Assembly: GCA_040954595.2 (NCBI GenBank)
Contig: CM082597.2
Location: forward strand, 6,845,849-6,909,848
Length of the DNA stretch: 64,000 nucleotides
DNA from: Balanoglossus misakiensis
Lineage: Eukaryota; Animalia; Hemichordata
Reading direction: 5' to 3'
Below are positions 38,497 to 51,767 of the stretch, one piece after another. A program made the translations under genes and the position numbers. Below the pieces are notes generated by a model. That model worked only from the letters and a program-made list of their open reading frames with translations. It did no database searches and had not been told where the DNA came from. The stretch's first letter is position 1, and every line of letters starts with the position of its first letter.

Positions 38497-41400
38497 TTAA
38501 ATAATACATATGGCAAATAATTTTGTGTGTCACATACCTGTAATACGTATTTATTGTCGCAGTCTCCAACCTCATTTGGCCAAGAAAAACAATTCAGCAA
38601 TAATATTACATTAAATTTTGTTATTTCTTTGTCGGGACAAACATAAGCTTCGATCAGATTATGAGGAATTAATGCAAAACTTCATCATTTTGATATTCGG
38701 TGTAACTTCGATGTTTTTATTTAAAAAATGCGTCATGCTCTGCTAACACTGCGAGTTTCAAGCATTTGTTTCTTGTCCGATCAACCCCAAACTCTAGTTC
38801 TACAACATTGTTTTCAAACAATTTTTCGAAGAGAGTCTACTTGAAAGTGGTGAGTTGCTGATTTACAAAACCCGTCATTAAAAGTTTCGTTTTTATTTTA
38901 TTTTGTGTTATTTTAGTGAAACATTATGCTATGTTAAATTTCATTACTCTGTCAAATATTTCCATGACGTCACTTATTACATTACGTCATCGGAATCTGT
39001 TACCTGTACACCGAGGATGCAGTGGTCAAGATTCAAGTATATACTAGTATGTTTTGATCGACAATGGCGATTCTACAAATATAACTTCTCGCTCTACTGC
39101 ATGTGATAAAACAAACATAATCAAAATGATGTAAGTCTTAGGAAGATGGTTTATCCGTTTAGACTCATGTATCATTAGACTTGAAACAAGCATTCGTAGG
39201 AACAGGAATTATACTTCCTTTGACACATTTCAATTATTAAGTAACAAATGTTGACTTGATTAATGTGAATTTATCGTCAGATATTATACCCAACATTATG
39301 AGGACCACGGGAACCAAGGTATGTGATGTCATAAGCACGTGACTATGTAATGAATGTATATGTAATACATCTGGTTAATTATTATATACTCTGCAACAGT
39401 TACATTTTGTCGCTTATTTGATGATACGCGTCACAGTGTTAGGACAACGCAGTTTGCGTACCCCATAAATTGTAAACGATAAAAACTATCCATATGGCAG
39501 AACAGACAAAAATACTTATCAATTCTCCATTGGCCTTTTGATATTGATATCTGTCATTTGATTCGCGACAATATATTCATTTTAAATTTCCTTTTCTGAG
39601 AGGAAATTGCAATAAAACATGGAAAGTAGAAGCGCCCTCGATGAAAACAATGCAAGCAACACCTGGAGGAAACTGAGCTCAAACACAAGGAAATTGAATT
39701 CGGTGACGAATCTGTTCAGGATGCAATCTGTCCCACATGTAGCCGTAAATCAGAATAAATTGACATGATTAATTAAAGATGTCGCTCAGAAAATGTGATT
39801 TTGACATTGCACTATTCATTAATCGTAATTAAATCCCTTCCGTATTGAGAAAAAAACCATGACGCGTTGATTTAGTTACGTGATGTCGACCTCACCTCGT
39901 CGCATAAGGTCATCAACGACTATCAAGATTTGATGCAAGTCTGTTCATTGTAGTGCTTGTGTGCGGTGAGTGCATGTATTGTAAATTCAAGTCTATAGGC
40001 CCCATGCAGACACGGCAGTTAACCGTTATTTGCATGCCAGTACAGGTGACGTTTAAAAAACAACACACAAACTTCTGAAACTCGCGCATATCATATAAAG
40101 GCACTTTGCAGCACACTACAAAAGATCAAATGATCTGTCGAACTCAATGTTAAGTGTGAAAAACACAAACCAGGTAGTTCACTCACCTTAAGTTAGTGCA
40201 GATGATCACGCATTAGGAGACTGAAACGACGAAAAATTGATGGCAATCTTCTCAAATATGTCTTCGTTTTTTTTTCGTTGGTCCCAAGTATATAAACTGT
40301 GTGTGAACCGGTCCACCTGGACTTTACAGGGTGCCCGAATTTGGAACATGGAACATTCCATTCGGAAAAGGGTATCGCAATGTTTTGAGAAGAAAACGAT
40401 TGGCGTAAGGAAACATTTTCTAAGTTGTAGAAACAGGATTCTCAAGGATTTTTTATGTATTGCATCGATGACAACGACACGTAACCAGGAATCTTCTGCA
40501 TTAAAACCGTCAAATTATGCGATGGACGCGGTATAACAGTCTTGAAAGTGTAAGTGACGCGATCAATCCAGTCAATTCTTATGCAAATTTCCATTGTTTT
40601 GTGATTACTTTGAACACAAGAACCATTGTGTCACCATTCAAATATGAATGGTGTCTGCAACACAAACCGACGCCGACTAAATTATTTGTGAGTTCTCTAC
40701 TTAGCTTGGCAGCTCCTAACAATTCGGCATTTCCACAGCACTTTTCCTGATCTCGAAGTCAAATCATAGAATTCACTCATGATAGACAACGCACTTAAAA
40801 TCGAATACTTCTATCACTGGTAAATAAAAAACAGAGTGATTAAATGTATCGTTAACTATACAGGAAAATGACTGTATCACAACAATTCGTTGTATAGATT
40901 ATCAATTATTTACTGAGCAACACCAAGTCTAGAGATTAAGAAGGGTTTTTAAAAGGTCTGCGCGTCACTCCTGTCGTAGTTGCACTTGGAATGTGTCGCA
41001 ATTATGTCGACTGGTTCTGGAAACGACGCACAATTTAAGTGACACTGTACTTCACAAAGTAATTCTGAACGTTGGTTTGTAGCAGGCTAACGTATTCTGG
41101 GAAATACGTCAATGCGCAATACATGCGCGAAAACGTCGACATATTCAACATGACACTGTTATTGTTTCGGTTCTATGCAAATTAGCGTAGAGCCTGATAT
41201 CTTTCTAATTTTTCCAAAATGGATATAACTTGGTTCTGCATGGACAGTTTACACTCACAGCTGGAATAAACATCAGCTGATGTAGGTTCAGTGTGATTTC
41301 AATCAGTATTTGAAAACCTCGATCTTGCAACGAACAACAGTAGGTAATTCAAAAACCCATTTTCAGTTTGTTATATTGGGCATCTTTGGTTCCTCCTCGA

Positions 41401-41502
41401 TTATATGGACTTAGCTAATAAGAGGTGTCGTTTAATTTCTGATGTATAGTTCCACACAAATTTAAAAAATGAACTAATCGATCTGCATCAGAGAGCCATG
41501 AG

Positions 41503-41778
41503 TTATTGCAAAGCTGAGATCCTCAGAGGAGTGCGATGGTTCACGTCAGGCCAAGTTGCCCTGCACAGAGGACATTCAAGCAAACCATTGCAGCAATCAT
41601 TGCAGCCGACAACACTCCCGCAGCCCCTACCATATGCGCAGACAGCTACAGATACAGACACCTCCGCCAGACATATGGAACATTGAAGCCCTCTAGTAGA
41701 TATAAAGGAATCTTGTCGTGATCTTCCACTGGTTGAAATCGAACCATATCTCGGGGGAAGATCGCTGACTGTATCCAT
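41503..41778 (-). CDS. Small RING-like zinc-finger ORF (possibly the terminal part of a decayed gene)
   Basis: CSIC-x10-C-x5-C-x5-CNDC-x6-CPLCR provides eight Cys in RING-like spacing. Confidence 0.5.
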   Translation of the reverse strand: MDTVSDLPPRYGSISTSGRSRQDSFISTRGLQCSICLAEVSVSVAVCAYGRGCGSVVGCNDCCNGLLECPLCRATWPDVNHRTPLRISALQ

Positions 41779-42948
41779 GTCTTCGTTGTTTTCTACGGAA
41801 ATTCACATTAATATCGTTAAAAATTTCTAGCAAGTTCAGTTTTACACGCTTCGCACGTTATATTTTGCCTTAAAGTTCGAAATCTGCAAAAGAAGAATTA
41901 TTAGGCAAGATTTCTCGTGTTTAAACGCTAGAAAGGATAACATGAGATAATTCCAAGAAATATAATCGCTGCATAACAGTTCTGGTGTCGTTATGCATTT
42001 ATAGTCTACGTTCAGCTTGCACTTTTGGTGGCGTTAACGGGCGGTTAGGACCATCATACACAACAATGATTTCAGAATTATGATGAATAATCTGTTTGAT
42101 TTTAATGTCATAAACCTATTGATCGCATAGGGTAAGTTGTCGGTTGGTTGGAAAAAAGATAACGTAATATTAAACCCTTTAACAAGGTAACCCTGAAGTC
42201 TTACGTAAAATCCTCATTTGAACCAGCTGTAGCCATGACAGAATTTGACGTAGAGGGCACTCTCATAAATTTGGGTTATTTACAAAAAAAAACAATCATT
42301 TCGATTGGGCAAGCAATAAGGGTTGGTCAGAGTACGAGAAAATTTCAATGGATGTATTAAATCTTTCTTGACTTTCAAGTGCGTTTTATTGATCAATTTT
42401 CTTACCAATGTCCTCAGATATTGAATATATTCCGTGTAGATCAGGTGGTGAATACAAAGAACAGCATGGCGAACCGGAACCATAATTCTCCTGTGCATAA
42501 ATGATACAGAAACCAGATTCTGAAACAAAGTCCAGTTCAATGAAAGGAGAGTCTCGTTTAATCCCCAACAACAGCTCAATTTAATCCACATCGCCTTTGA
42601 CCCATTATTTTCGCTTCGGCCAGTTATTGTCATCATTCGTTGACATTTTCACGTAAAACATACACCGACGGATCGGCAAATGCTACCTGTAGGCCTAATG
42701 GTTGACAGAAATACTAAATACCCTTTAAAGGGCCACGATCGTCTAATGCGCATGCGCCAAACCAGAGACCATGGTTACAAAAATTGTATACAGTCAATGC
42801 TTCGACGCCCGCTATCGGTCGGTGCGATAGAAACCACGCCAATGGATGCATGGATGTTTCAGTGTGATGCTATTCCCTGTTGAAATATGCACAAGGGTTT
42901 CTCGGTACTTCCGACAACCATAAAGACATGACTCATAAATTTACTTAC

Positions 42949-43176
42949 CAGCACACTCAGCTTCTTCATACAAAACAACATCTTCAACCAGACTAATATG
43001 CAGATGATTATAACAATGTTAGCCGCATTGTCATCCACTGAATGCCAGTCTCCTAGCGTCAAAGCAATCACAACCAAAGCAATGAGAAGGCTGAAGTCAG
43101 TCAGTGTAATTAGCGTCACAAAGACGAGCACAAAGATCTCACATTTTGTAGACGGCACCCGCTGTGTTAGTTTTCT
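42949..43176 (-). CDS. Putative exon encoding two hydrophobic helices (unknown membrane protein)
   Basis: TTCAG acceptor, GTAAGT donor, 76 open codons including IFVLVFVTLITL..LLIALVVIALTL..IVIIICILVWL. Confidence 0.3.
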
Positions 43177-45123
43177 CTGAATAAGAATGGGAAATGTTAT
43201 AGTTTTGTATGTGATTTTAATAATTTAATTTCGGTGACTTTATTCTTAAAGTAAATCTTGAACGGATTGTTCTTCGACCTCAAATAGTCTCGTTCCCACA
43301 GTTTCCGTGGTGGTATAAAGAATTACACAATACAACCCAACCCAACACAACACAACACAACTAAAAAAATAGAGATTTCCAATAATTTCGTTCAATGAAG
43401 TATTGATGTGATTCAGAAGTATACAGAGTTATGCTATACCTAGTAATACAGTTAATACCTAGTAATACAGTAAATACGTAAATATAATTCTCTACACAAG
43501 AAAACAAAACAATCACAAAAAACACAATACTAACCGCATAAACAAGGCTTCTTCTGAACGATGATGCGCATGTCACTTTTGCAATTGGTGCTGGTACATG
43601 CAATATGATCATAAACACATAAACATGTAATTATAAGTATATAAGCTGTGGAAAATCAGCCCCCCCCCCCACGATACAACTGCGTTACCACAGCTATAAC
43701 TTTATCCAAGAAGTGTTAGAACAGTGCAATGTTAAAGAAATTCATCACTGAGACAAACGCATAACATCGTTTTTGTGTAACGTTGATTGCGAGCCGGAGC
43801 GCCCACACATGACTGAATCTTTCAGTCCAGAGGAGGGCGCACTCCGAGGAAACCCTACAAGTACATGTACTTACAGATTACAGTTTCCGCTATCAGCCAT
43901 CTGTAGTCAAGTGCACTATGGAGTATCGCTCCTATTGCAACCAACAACAGATATATAATTTCAGAATAGATTGCAGAAAGGAACCACCTCGACGCCATTT
44001 CTGCAAAGAAAATAATGGTGTCCAGATATCAGACAAAATTGAAAATGTCACAGTGCAGAAGGTATGGAAAGTGACATAAAGAAAATGACAATCGAAACAT
44101 GATTGAAAGTGACTGTGAGACTCTGCTTTCATCGCTGTGCTGCCCTCTCTGTTAGCATACATAAGTTCATCAAACTTGACGAATGTTAGGCCATTGGTCG
44201 CAGTAAATGTTCAAATCAGTTCCTTTGCATTCAAAACTGGTGGATTGCACAGCAAGATTTGGCAGCCATATTAAATTTGACCCGATCACTGACAATATAA
44301 TCACAAATCAACGACAGTCTGTCCATAATTTGATGTATCGGTGGTTGAAAGACGTGCCAGTGTGGCCAAAGTTTTGGAATTTTAGAGAATTTTATGTTCC
44401 GGTATTATATTTTACTATACACCAAGCAGGCGTGTGGACATTGCCCTAGTTGAATTGGCTGAGCGACATACTTGAATTCAGCGTCAAATGGGTCAACTGA
44501 AATGTCAAATGATTTAAAGGCCCACATTGCTTGGCATCGGCACGTCTATGCATGTAAACAATAGACATATATGTCTATGTACCTAACAATTTATTAGAAA
44601 GCAAATTGACACCTGTACACGACACATATGTATATGAGCTGGTCGGTATACTCACCCTTGTGCTGCTAAAATGGCGTCATAACCGGCATTCTGTCATACG
44701 CGCTAAACCCTCGTGCCCACTTGACCTCAGCAAAACGAAAATAAAAAAAAAGTGAGGAAATTTTAATTTTTTGGAAAATTATGACAAATTATACAGACGA
44801 TAATGTACTTTTTTACCTTTTTGGCGGCTCGTTCAACCGGGAAATAAGCGATATCAAACTATAGTTTCACTATTATTAACTACTTATAACTTCTCGTGAA
44901 TTCAAATTGAAAGACGACGATGCTCGACGCAATAAATAAATATTGAGACGATAAGCGGCTTTATAATCTACATTCGCGCATACTATATAGCCAAGGTAAA
45001 ACCCCTCCTGTATAAAATAACAGGTTGATAGTCTATTTACATTATCGCCATCAGTATAACTTAGGCCTAATCCGGGAATGCGCGGAAAAAGTAAGTCTGT
45101 ACATCGTCTACTTTCGTTGGGCA

Positions 45124-45292
45124 ACTATGACGAAATCGTATGCATAATGCAAGAACTATGACGTCATTCTTCACGTCGGCGTCCAGAGATATAAAAAAAT
45201 CTAAAAAAAAAAAAAAAAAATCCTACCTACCTACCTACCTACCCTTTAAAAAACACCATGTAATTGGAACAGCACATATTACTTTTTTGGCC
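45124..45292 (+). mobile_element. Partial Harbinger-like MITE (right end)
   Basis: AACTATGACG..(CTAC)n..GAACAGCACATATT..TTGGCC|TTA, as in 21727-22066. Confidence 0.7.
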
Positions 45293-46091
45293 TTATGCAT
45301 GATCACATTCACGATAGCTGTTATATTTATGTATTTACTGAGATGCATTAATTCCCAAACAACCGAAATAAAACGTGAACTGAAGTAGCCATAAGAAAGT
45401 ATAGAACTGTGCGAGACACGTTACACTTACCAATTCTAGAGGCGGTCACGGATATTGCAGATATTGCCTGTGACAGAGAAGATATTATATATTTAGCACT
45501 TTGATAACCCCAAATACCACAGGTTAACCACCCTATTTGTCTTACGGTACAGAATAAATACAACGGAACTATGTACTTTGAAAGGGTACATTTGAAGTGC
45601 TGGTGCGCACGCGAGACTTGCTGTCAATCAATTAGTACGGGCCAGTTCCCCCTTCATGCACAGCTTGTGCCTGACAGAGCTGTTAGCATGTTCAGAAGTT
45701 CTGTGAGATTTGTGTACATGTATTTTAATATCAATCCCCCTCCCTATTCATTGGTGTTACCTTTGTTGTCCATGTGCTTGCTTGCGCTGCTTATGTGTTT
45801 TGATGATTGTTTCTTGTAACCGCTACTTGTTGTGTTTTGTCTTTATTTGCCAGTAGTTGTCAGTTGTTAGTATTACAAGATGGTTGATTAAAGCCCTATT
45901 TGCATCAATGTATACCTGAGTCTGTGTTATTATACCAGCATCCATACATTCTACTTACAATACAGAGGTTTAGTGTGACGGCAGAAAGTGGCGTACGCGT
46001 AAATTATCCGGTTTACTTGTGCGTTTTGAATATTATTTTCTTATTCATCGGTCTAATATTGATTCTCCATTCCTATGTTTTTACTGCTTAG

Positions 46092-46493
46092 GTTCTTCCA
46101 AAACAGTATGAATACCATTTATCACCAACCCCAAAACGGGATTTTATAAACTACGACGACAAGGAACTGCGTCGCCTGGCAACCAGTCGGAAAGACGACC
46201 TGGTCAAAATGAATGCGGTCCACACGAAGGATTCGGTCGAGATCACGCCTCTCGACTCCAGCAAACCGCCCTCGCCGCTTCTGACGTCATCCAGGTGGTC
46301 TTATCGGGACCGGAGTGGACTTCGGCCGGACCTGGCGCCGTTCTACGCGGCGATACCCGACGACATACCGACAAGAACAATGCAGAAAGAGGCGACCAAA
46401 GTTCGAGCCACCGATCATCCATCGGCCGTGCATGCGCGTCAGTCTGCCAGCTCTGCAGAACGACAGCGTCTGGGAGGTGATGCGCATGTGTGA
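46092..46493 (+). CDS. Possible exon of an unknown gene (GC-rich)
   Basis: TTACTGCTTAG acceptor then an open frame VLPKQYEY..DDKELRRLATSRKDDLVKMNAV..; no recognisable domain. Confidence 0.25.
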   Translation, partial: VLPKQYEYHLSPTPKRDFINYDDKELRRLATSRKDDLVKMNAVHTKDSVEITPLDSSKPPSPLLTSSRWSYRDRSGLRPDLAPFYAAIPDDIPTRTMQKEATKVRATDHPSAVHARQSASSAERQRLGGDAHV

Positions 46494-47850
46494 ATCTCCG
46501 TGGCGACGGGCGGACACCGAATCGAAAAAGCGCTTACCAGTGGCCCAATGTGGAACACAGACAGAAAGCTATTCTAAGATACAGCAAAGAGATGAAATAA
46601 CTGATACAGGTTGCACTCACTCCTTAAGACATGAAATGAAAATTCGTTTGTATTTATGAAATGAAAGTTAACTTTCATAGTCAATGGAACAGAGCACCTT
46701 AATAATTTGATTATTGTAATGATTTGTAAACCATGAATGTCATCTCACTCCCAGAACTTCATTTTGCCGGAAACATTTACCCCGAGTTAAATTTGACCGT
46801 GACTTTGTGTTTGTCACCATTAATTGTGTATTTTTTTTAGTTTTAGCACGAGTTACCTCCCTATCTGCATTGTACAATACATAACGTTCACAACCTGGGA
46901 GTTTCATTTTGCTAGCTTCGTGTTGCCAAGCTTCTACATAAGTGTTGTTAAGTCGACGCCAACTTTCAATGCATGATCTGAAGTGGTAGGGTTATTTTTA
47001 CTTCGCTGGCACATTCAGACATGTCATCGATCGATTGTTTTTACTTTATAGTGTCCTTATCTTACCTTGATTGCTTACTAACGCGTACATTTATTATGTG
47101 GTGTCGCGCTTAAGGATGATTTATCCAGAAGGTACAGTCAAGCTGGGAGGGAGTGGGACAATAAGTAATATTTAAATCTAATGTAATGACTAACAACAGG
47201 AATATTTTGAATCTAATCTGACAACTCCATCAAGTAAATTGGCATACTGCAGTATATAAAGCACTCGCATCGCTCCAGTCAAGTCAAGCAAAGTAGTTTG
47301 TGACCAACCAACCGCAATTCTTACTCAATTCAAAGTTGAGATACAGCAAAGAGATGAAATAACTGACACAGTTTGCGCTCACTCCCTAAAGCGTAAAATT
47401 CTAACTAATACATATGCAATGTTGATTAAAATAAAAGTTAACTTTTGTAGTTTATTATTGTCCTGAATTGTAATATAATCGATCACAGACAAATAGAAAA
47501 GACTGTTCTTTCTCTTTGCCTGTGAATCGATGAATGATTTCTCATTCCCAGAACCTCAATTGGCCAAACGCATTCACCCCAATGTACTTCATATTTTCGG
47601 CAGAAGTGTGTCACTCACATTAACAGAAATCCCACCAGACTCACATATGTCTAAAATCAGCTGTAGAAAAAGGAATTGTCTCTACCTTTGCTTGGTATCT
47701 GCGTTTCACGATCTTGCTTGCTGTTATATCACACAGTTACCAACTTTGGGTTATTTTCTCAGTAATATTGTCTAGTGTATATGCTAGTCTACATCTGTCT
47801 TGTTGTGGTATAATTTTTTTTCAAAACTGCTCTTAAACACAGTGCTGAGT

Positions 47851-48041
47851 AGGCAATATTATAGAAATAATGGACGACGCCCTGACCATAAACGTTTGTT
47901 TATGGGCAAGGGTGAGGTGAAAGCCAAAAATTCATGGGCGAGGCTTCCGATCGAGCCCATGAATTTTGGCTTTCCTCGAGCCCGAGCCCATAAACAAACG
48001 TTAATGGCCAGGGTGGAGTCGGTCATTTCCATTATATTACC
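47851..48041. repeat. About 190-bp imperfect palindrome (hairpin MITE or element end)
   Basis: AACGTTTGTTTATGGGC..AAAGCCAAAAATTCATGGGC pairs with GCCCATGAATTTTGGCTTT..GCCCATAAACAAACGTT. Confidence 0.75.
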
Positions 48042-49895
48042 AAAGAACTCAAGAAAACCGTCAAAATTTACGAAAATGTCCCACGCAAAAGACTAGGGGC
48101 CCCGAACATGTGTTACGCAAAATGTTGTATTCACTGAACTGTTTGTTAATATTACTATTCAGATTTACAGGCATGTAAACAAACCATTACTGTGTATTTG
48201 TGGTAAGTGACGTAGTTCATCTCGACTAATTAAAATGTGACGCACAGGCCATGGTAACATAATGATATGTAAGATCACAACAGGCCACACGTTAGACACG
48301 TACATAAGTCACGGAGACCCACTTAACGCGGCGAATTGGTAATTTCTGGCCACCGCAGTAAAAATCCGTGAAAGGAGACACCCTAGCCAATAGACCAAAA
48401 AGCAACGCCACGTGTACGTGTTTCGAAATTTGCAAGCGTGTCCTTTAGCACCCGCCATATATCTATCAAAATAGGAAGCAGTCGCGTAATGCTGACCTGT
48501 TTGATAAGACAATATAGCAAACAATACGAAAAGTCTACTATAGGGGTTAGAAACCAGACAATAAACACGGTTTTACGCATAGCAACAATTGGTAACAAAA
48601 GTAGGACATGTCTGGGTTGAGGTACGCCAATCAATAGTAGGCTTATCTGGTTTCCATTTGGTTGGATAAACAAAGTTTCCTTGTTTGGTAACTAATGCCA
48701 CAGACAAATAGAAAAGACTGACTAGCAACGCGGCATGTCCCTTTGATGTCTTGTCCACCTCGGCAAACAACGGAAAACAATATGCTTCAAATGTGTCAAA
48801 TGTGTCAGACACCGCGGAGATTTCCCAGAATACTTTGCTGTTGCGTCATTATCGACAGCTGCAGTACCTTGCTTGGCACAGCTTTGCACTCCGGACTCGA
48901 CTGAAACATTACTTTACAACGTCCAAATTTAAGCACATCAGAAGTGTTTTGAACACTTACCACCTACGCTAGCTTACAGAACACGATTCGGCGAACCGGA
49001 ATCTATTCCAAAAAATTCGAGATTGATGATTAAACCTTTTCAAATTTACGATCGAACACACTTATTGTATATTCATAATGTTTTATTAAAATGGCCTGGT
49101 CAAACTCATCCCTCCGATGCTCAAACTTCCTCACATTTTCGCTGTCCACTCGGCTTCCGTCCACAGCTGACTGACAACAACAACACAAACTTTCACGAAA
49201 ACACTTTCGTTTTATAACCGGGAGAATTCCGGACATTGCCGAAGTAGATACGTTCGGAAATCTTCGGAGACAAGCTGCACCTTGAAGGCGAGCCGAGGCA
49301 TGCACAGGAAGATTAGTACATCACACCTTTTGACAATAGCGTTGCTAGTCTGTTCTTTCTCTTTGTCAGTGCTAATGCCAAGAAGCATCTTATGTCGTAC
49401 TTTCTCGAACAGGCTCAGATTTCCCCCTAATTTACGTAATGATGAGGATTAAAACAAATTTGCGTTATGTTACGGGTGAGACGTTCTGTGAATTGATGAA
49501 GGAAATTCAAAGCAATTAGACTAAAAGTCTTTCATCATATTTTGCTCTACCAAGGTGAGTTGGGGGGGGGGGTGATCATACTCGGCTCACTGTAGCGTGT
49601 ACTACTAGCCGGTGCGCCCATTCTCAATTTTGACTAACCGAGGTGTGTGTTGTCAATATACACATTATCGTGTCACTATGATTGACTACTATTGGCAGCT
49701 ACCGGTGTTAATAATTAACATTCATCGCTCACGTGTTTCAACTGATCTGCATAGTAGTAGCCGTCCATAAAGTCGGTACATCTTACTGCCGCTCAGCAAA
49801 CACGAAGAGAGCCAGATCAGCAGTAGAACACGATTATAACTCATCCGTCAAGCAGAAAACTAAGGTATGTTATAAATCACATAGCAGTGTATGAC

Positions 49896-50019
49896 TATGT
49901 ATGTATGTATGTATGTATGTATGTATGTATGTATGTATGTATGTATGTATGTATGTATGTATGTATGTATGTATGTATGTATGTATGTATGTATGTAGGT
50001 ATGTATGTATGTATGTATG

Positions 50020-50049
<30 letters not shown>
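49896..50049. repeat. (TATG)n microsatellite
   Basis: Direct reading; one interruption (TAGG). Confidence 0.98.
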
Positions 50050-50050
<1 letters not shown>

Positions 50051-50192
50051 TACATATAGTAACAAATAAATTGGCCAAAGTGGATAAATCTGCATGAAAT
50101 GTGCAAACGTGAAGCCATCTCCATGTTTAGGAAATGTGATAAAATGAAAGGTCACTCGAGGAAGAGGTATAAATAACATCTGATTCACCTGA

Positions 50193-50840
50193 GTGAATAA
50201 ACAAACCAAGTTGAAGCAATACGAAAGTGATCTTAAGGCAAAGTCATCCCAGGGGAGAGTACTTAGAGAAGCGGGAAATGTTCTTCATTCAATTTCAGCT
50301 ACGTATCTCAATAACCATAATATTGATGATAAACTAAGATCATTTGTGGTGCGAGGCCGTTTACAGTTTTTACAATGTGAAAGCCTAATGTCCCTGTATT
50401 ACCCGAGCAGTCGATCAAAATCTTGCAAAATCTGTAAGCATCCCTCCGAAACGGCATCCCAAGTTTTAAACGGCTGCACTAAATTCCAGAAAATTTACCA
50501 GCAAAGACATAACAGAATTGTTGATTTAATTTACGGGAAGATCGCTGGTTGTAACCCAAACATGATAATTGTCAAATATACAGTGCTCACCCATAAGTTG
50601 TTCAAGGACAATGATGACCGTTCTTTCCGGCACCATCATAAACGACCAGACATAGTTGTTGTTGACAAAGAAAACATGCAAGCAACTTTAATTGAAATCG
50701 CCAACCCCCTTTGATGCACATATCTCCAAATGCTTTCAGGCTAAATTCCACAAATATTACCCCCTTTCTCTCGAAATAAACGACATGGGATATCGCTCAT
50801 TGTCGTTTTAATCATCGGCAGTCTCGGTACTGTTCACCAA
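50193..50840 (+). mobile_element. Degenerate non-LTR retrotransposon 3' fragment with zinc knuckle and restriction-like endonuclease (R2/R4/NeSL group)
   Basis: CKIC..ETASQVLNGC, QRHNRIV, RPDIVVVD, LIEIANP; after frameshifts, KFHKY and IVVLIIGSLG. Confidence 0.8.
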
Positions 50841-51156
50841 AATTCATAACGACGCCAAATTTATGGCCAGGTATTGCAGTATAAGCTCCATAATAGGCTC
50901 TAACAAAATTTGGAGAATGCGATGCCATTAATACGACGTATAAATTGCTGTTTTGTTCAGTGGCAAGGTAATGTAATGTGAAGGGACCATTCAGTACGTT
51001 TCCTGCTACTTGTATATGCAATATGTTTAACGATTGTTATGTAAATATTGTATTTATACATCCTTCCGGTTGTATTTGGTTATAAAAGAAGCTGATATGA
51101 ATGTATGTACGTATATATGAACTCCCCAACTAACGTTCAGTAAACTTGAAACATGA

Positions 51157-51731
51157 AATAGATTTCTAAGAATAAGAAATGTAATTGATTCAGACAAATG
51201 TACTTTCTGTCATCTTCGGACTGAAGACATAATTCATCTTTTCTTTGAATGTGAATATGTCCTACAATTCTGGGGAGATATTGAATTAGTTCTGCTTCGA
51301 AATTGTAATATTCAACTTACTCTATCACCAGAGAATGTAATTTTGGGAAAGATCATGGAAGACAACTTTTCACTTGTCAATTTTGTCATTCTTTTAGGTA
51401 AGAAACATATATACGAATGTAAGAAAAAACACAAAATACCAAATATACAATATTTTATGAAATGGGTACAACAAAAAATTGAAATTGAAAAATGTAAAAT
51501 GAAATTATAAGGATTTGACAAAATGAACCCTGGTCCCAAATGGAAACAACTAAGTCAGTTTTGTGGACAGTCCCCACCATTATAAATAGTAAAAATACGC
51601 GGATGTAACTTTGTTTTTGTTTTCTTTCTTTATCAGATGTAAGTTTACTACAGTTTGCCAAACCTTTCCCAGCCTGTTTTTTCGTTTCTTTTTCCTCTTT
51701 GTCTTTGTCTTTTTTTTCTTCTGAAATGCTC

Positions 51732-51762
<31 letters not shown>
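51157..51762 (+). mobile_element. 5'-truncated L1/Tx1-type LINE insertion with poly(A) tail and 15-bp TSD
   Basis: Encodes CTFC..EDIIHLFFECEYVLQFW (zf-RVT-like). Poly(A) at ~51735-51765; TSD AAACTTGAAACATGA at 51142-51156 and 51763-51777. Absent from the duplicate at ~60985. Confidence 0.88.

Positions 51763-51767
<5 letters not shown>

Noticed and set aside
40187-40496. Candidate coding (PAS) exon for the ERG channel
   Set aside because: Stops in all frames and no PAS similarity; at most a 5' UTR exon.
49860-50209. ORFs with YIHT/CMYV repeats
   Set aside because: They are translations of the (TATG)n microsatellite.
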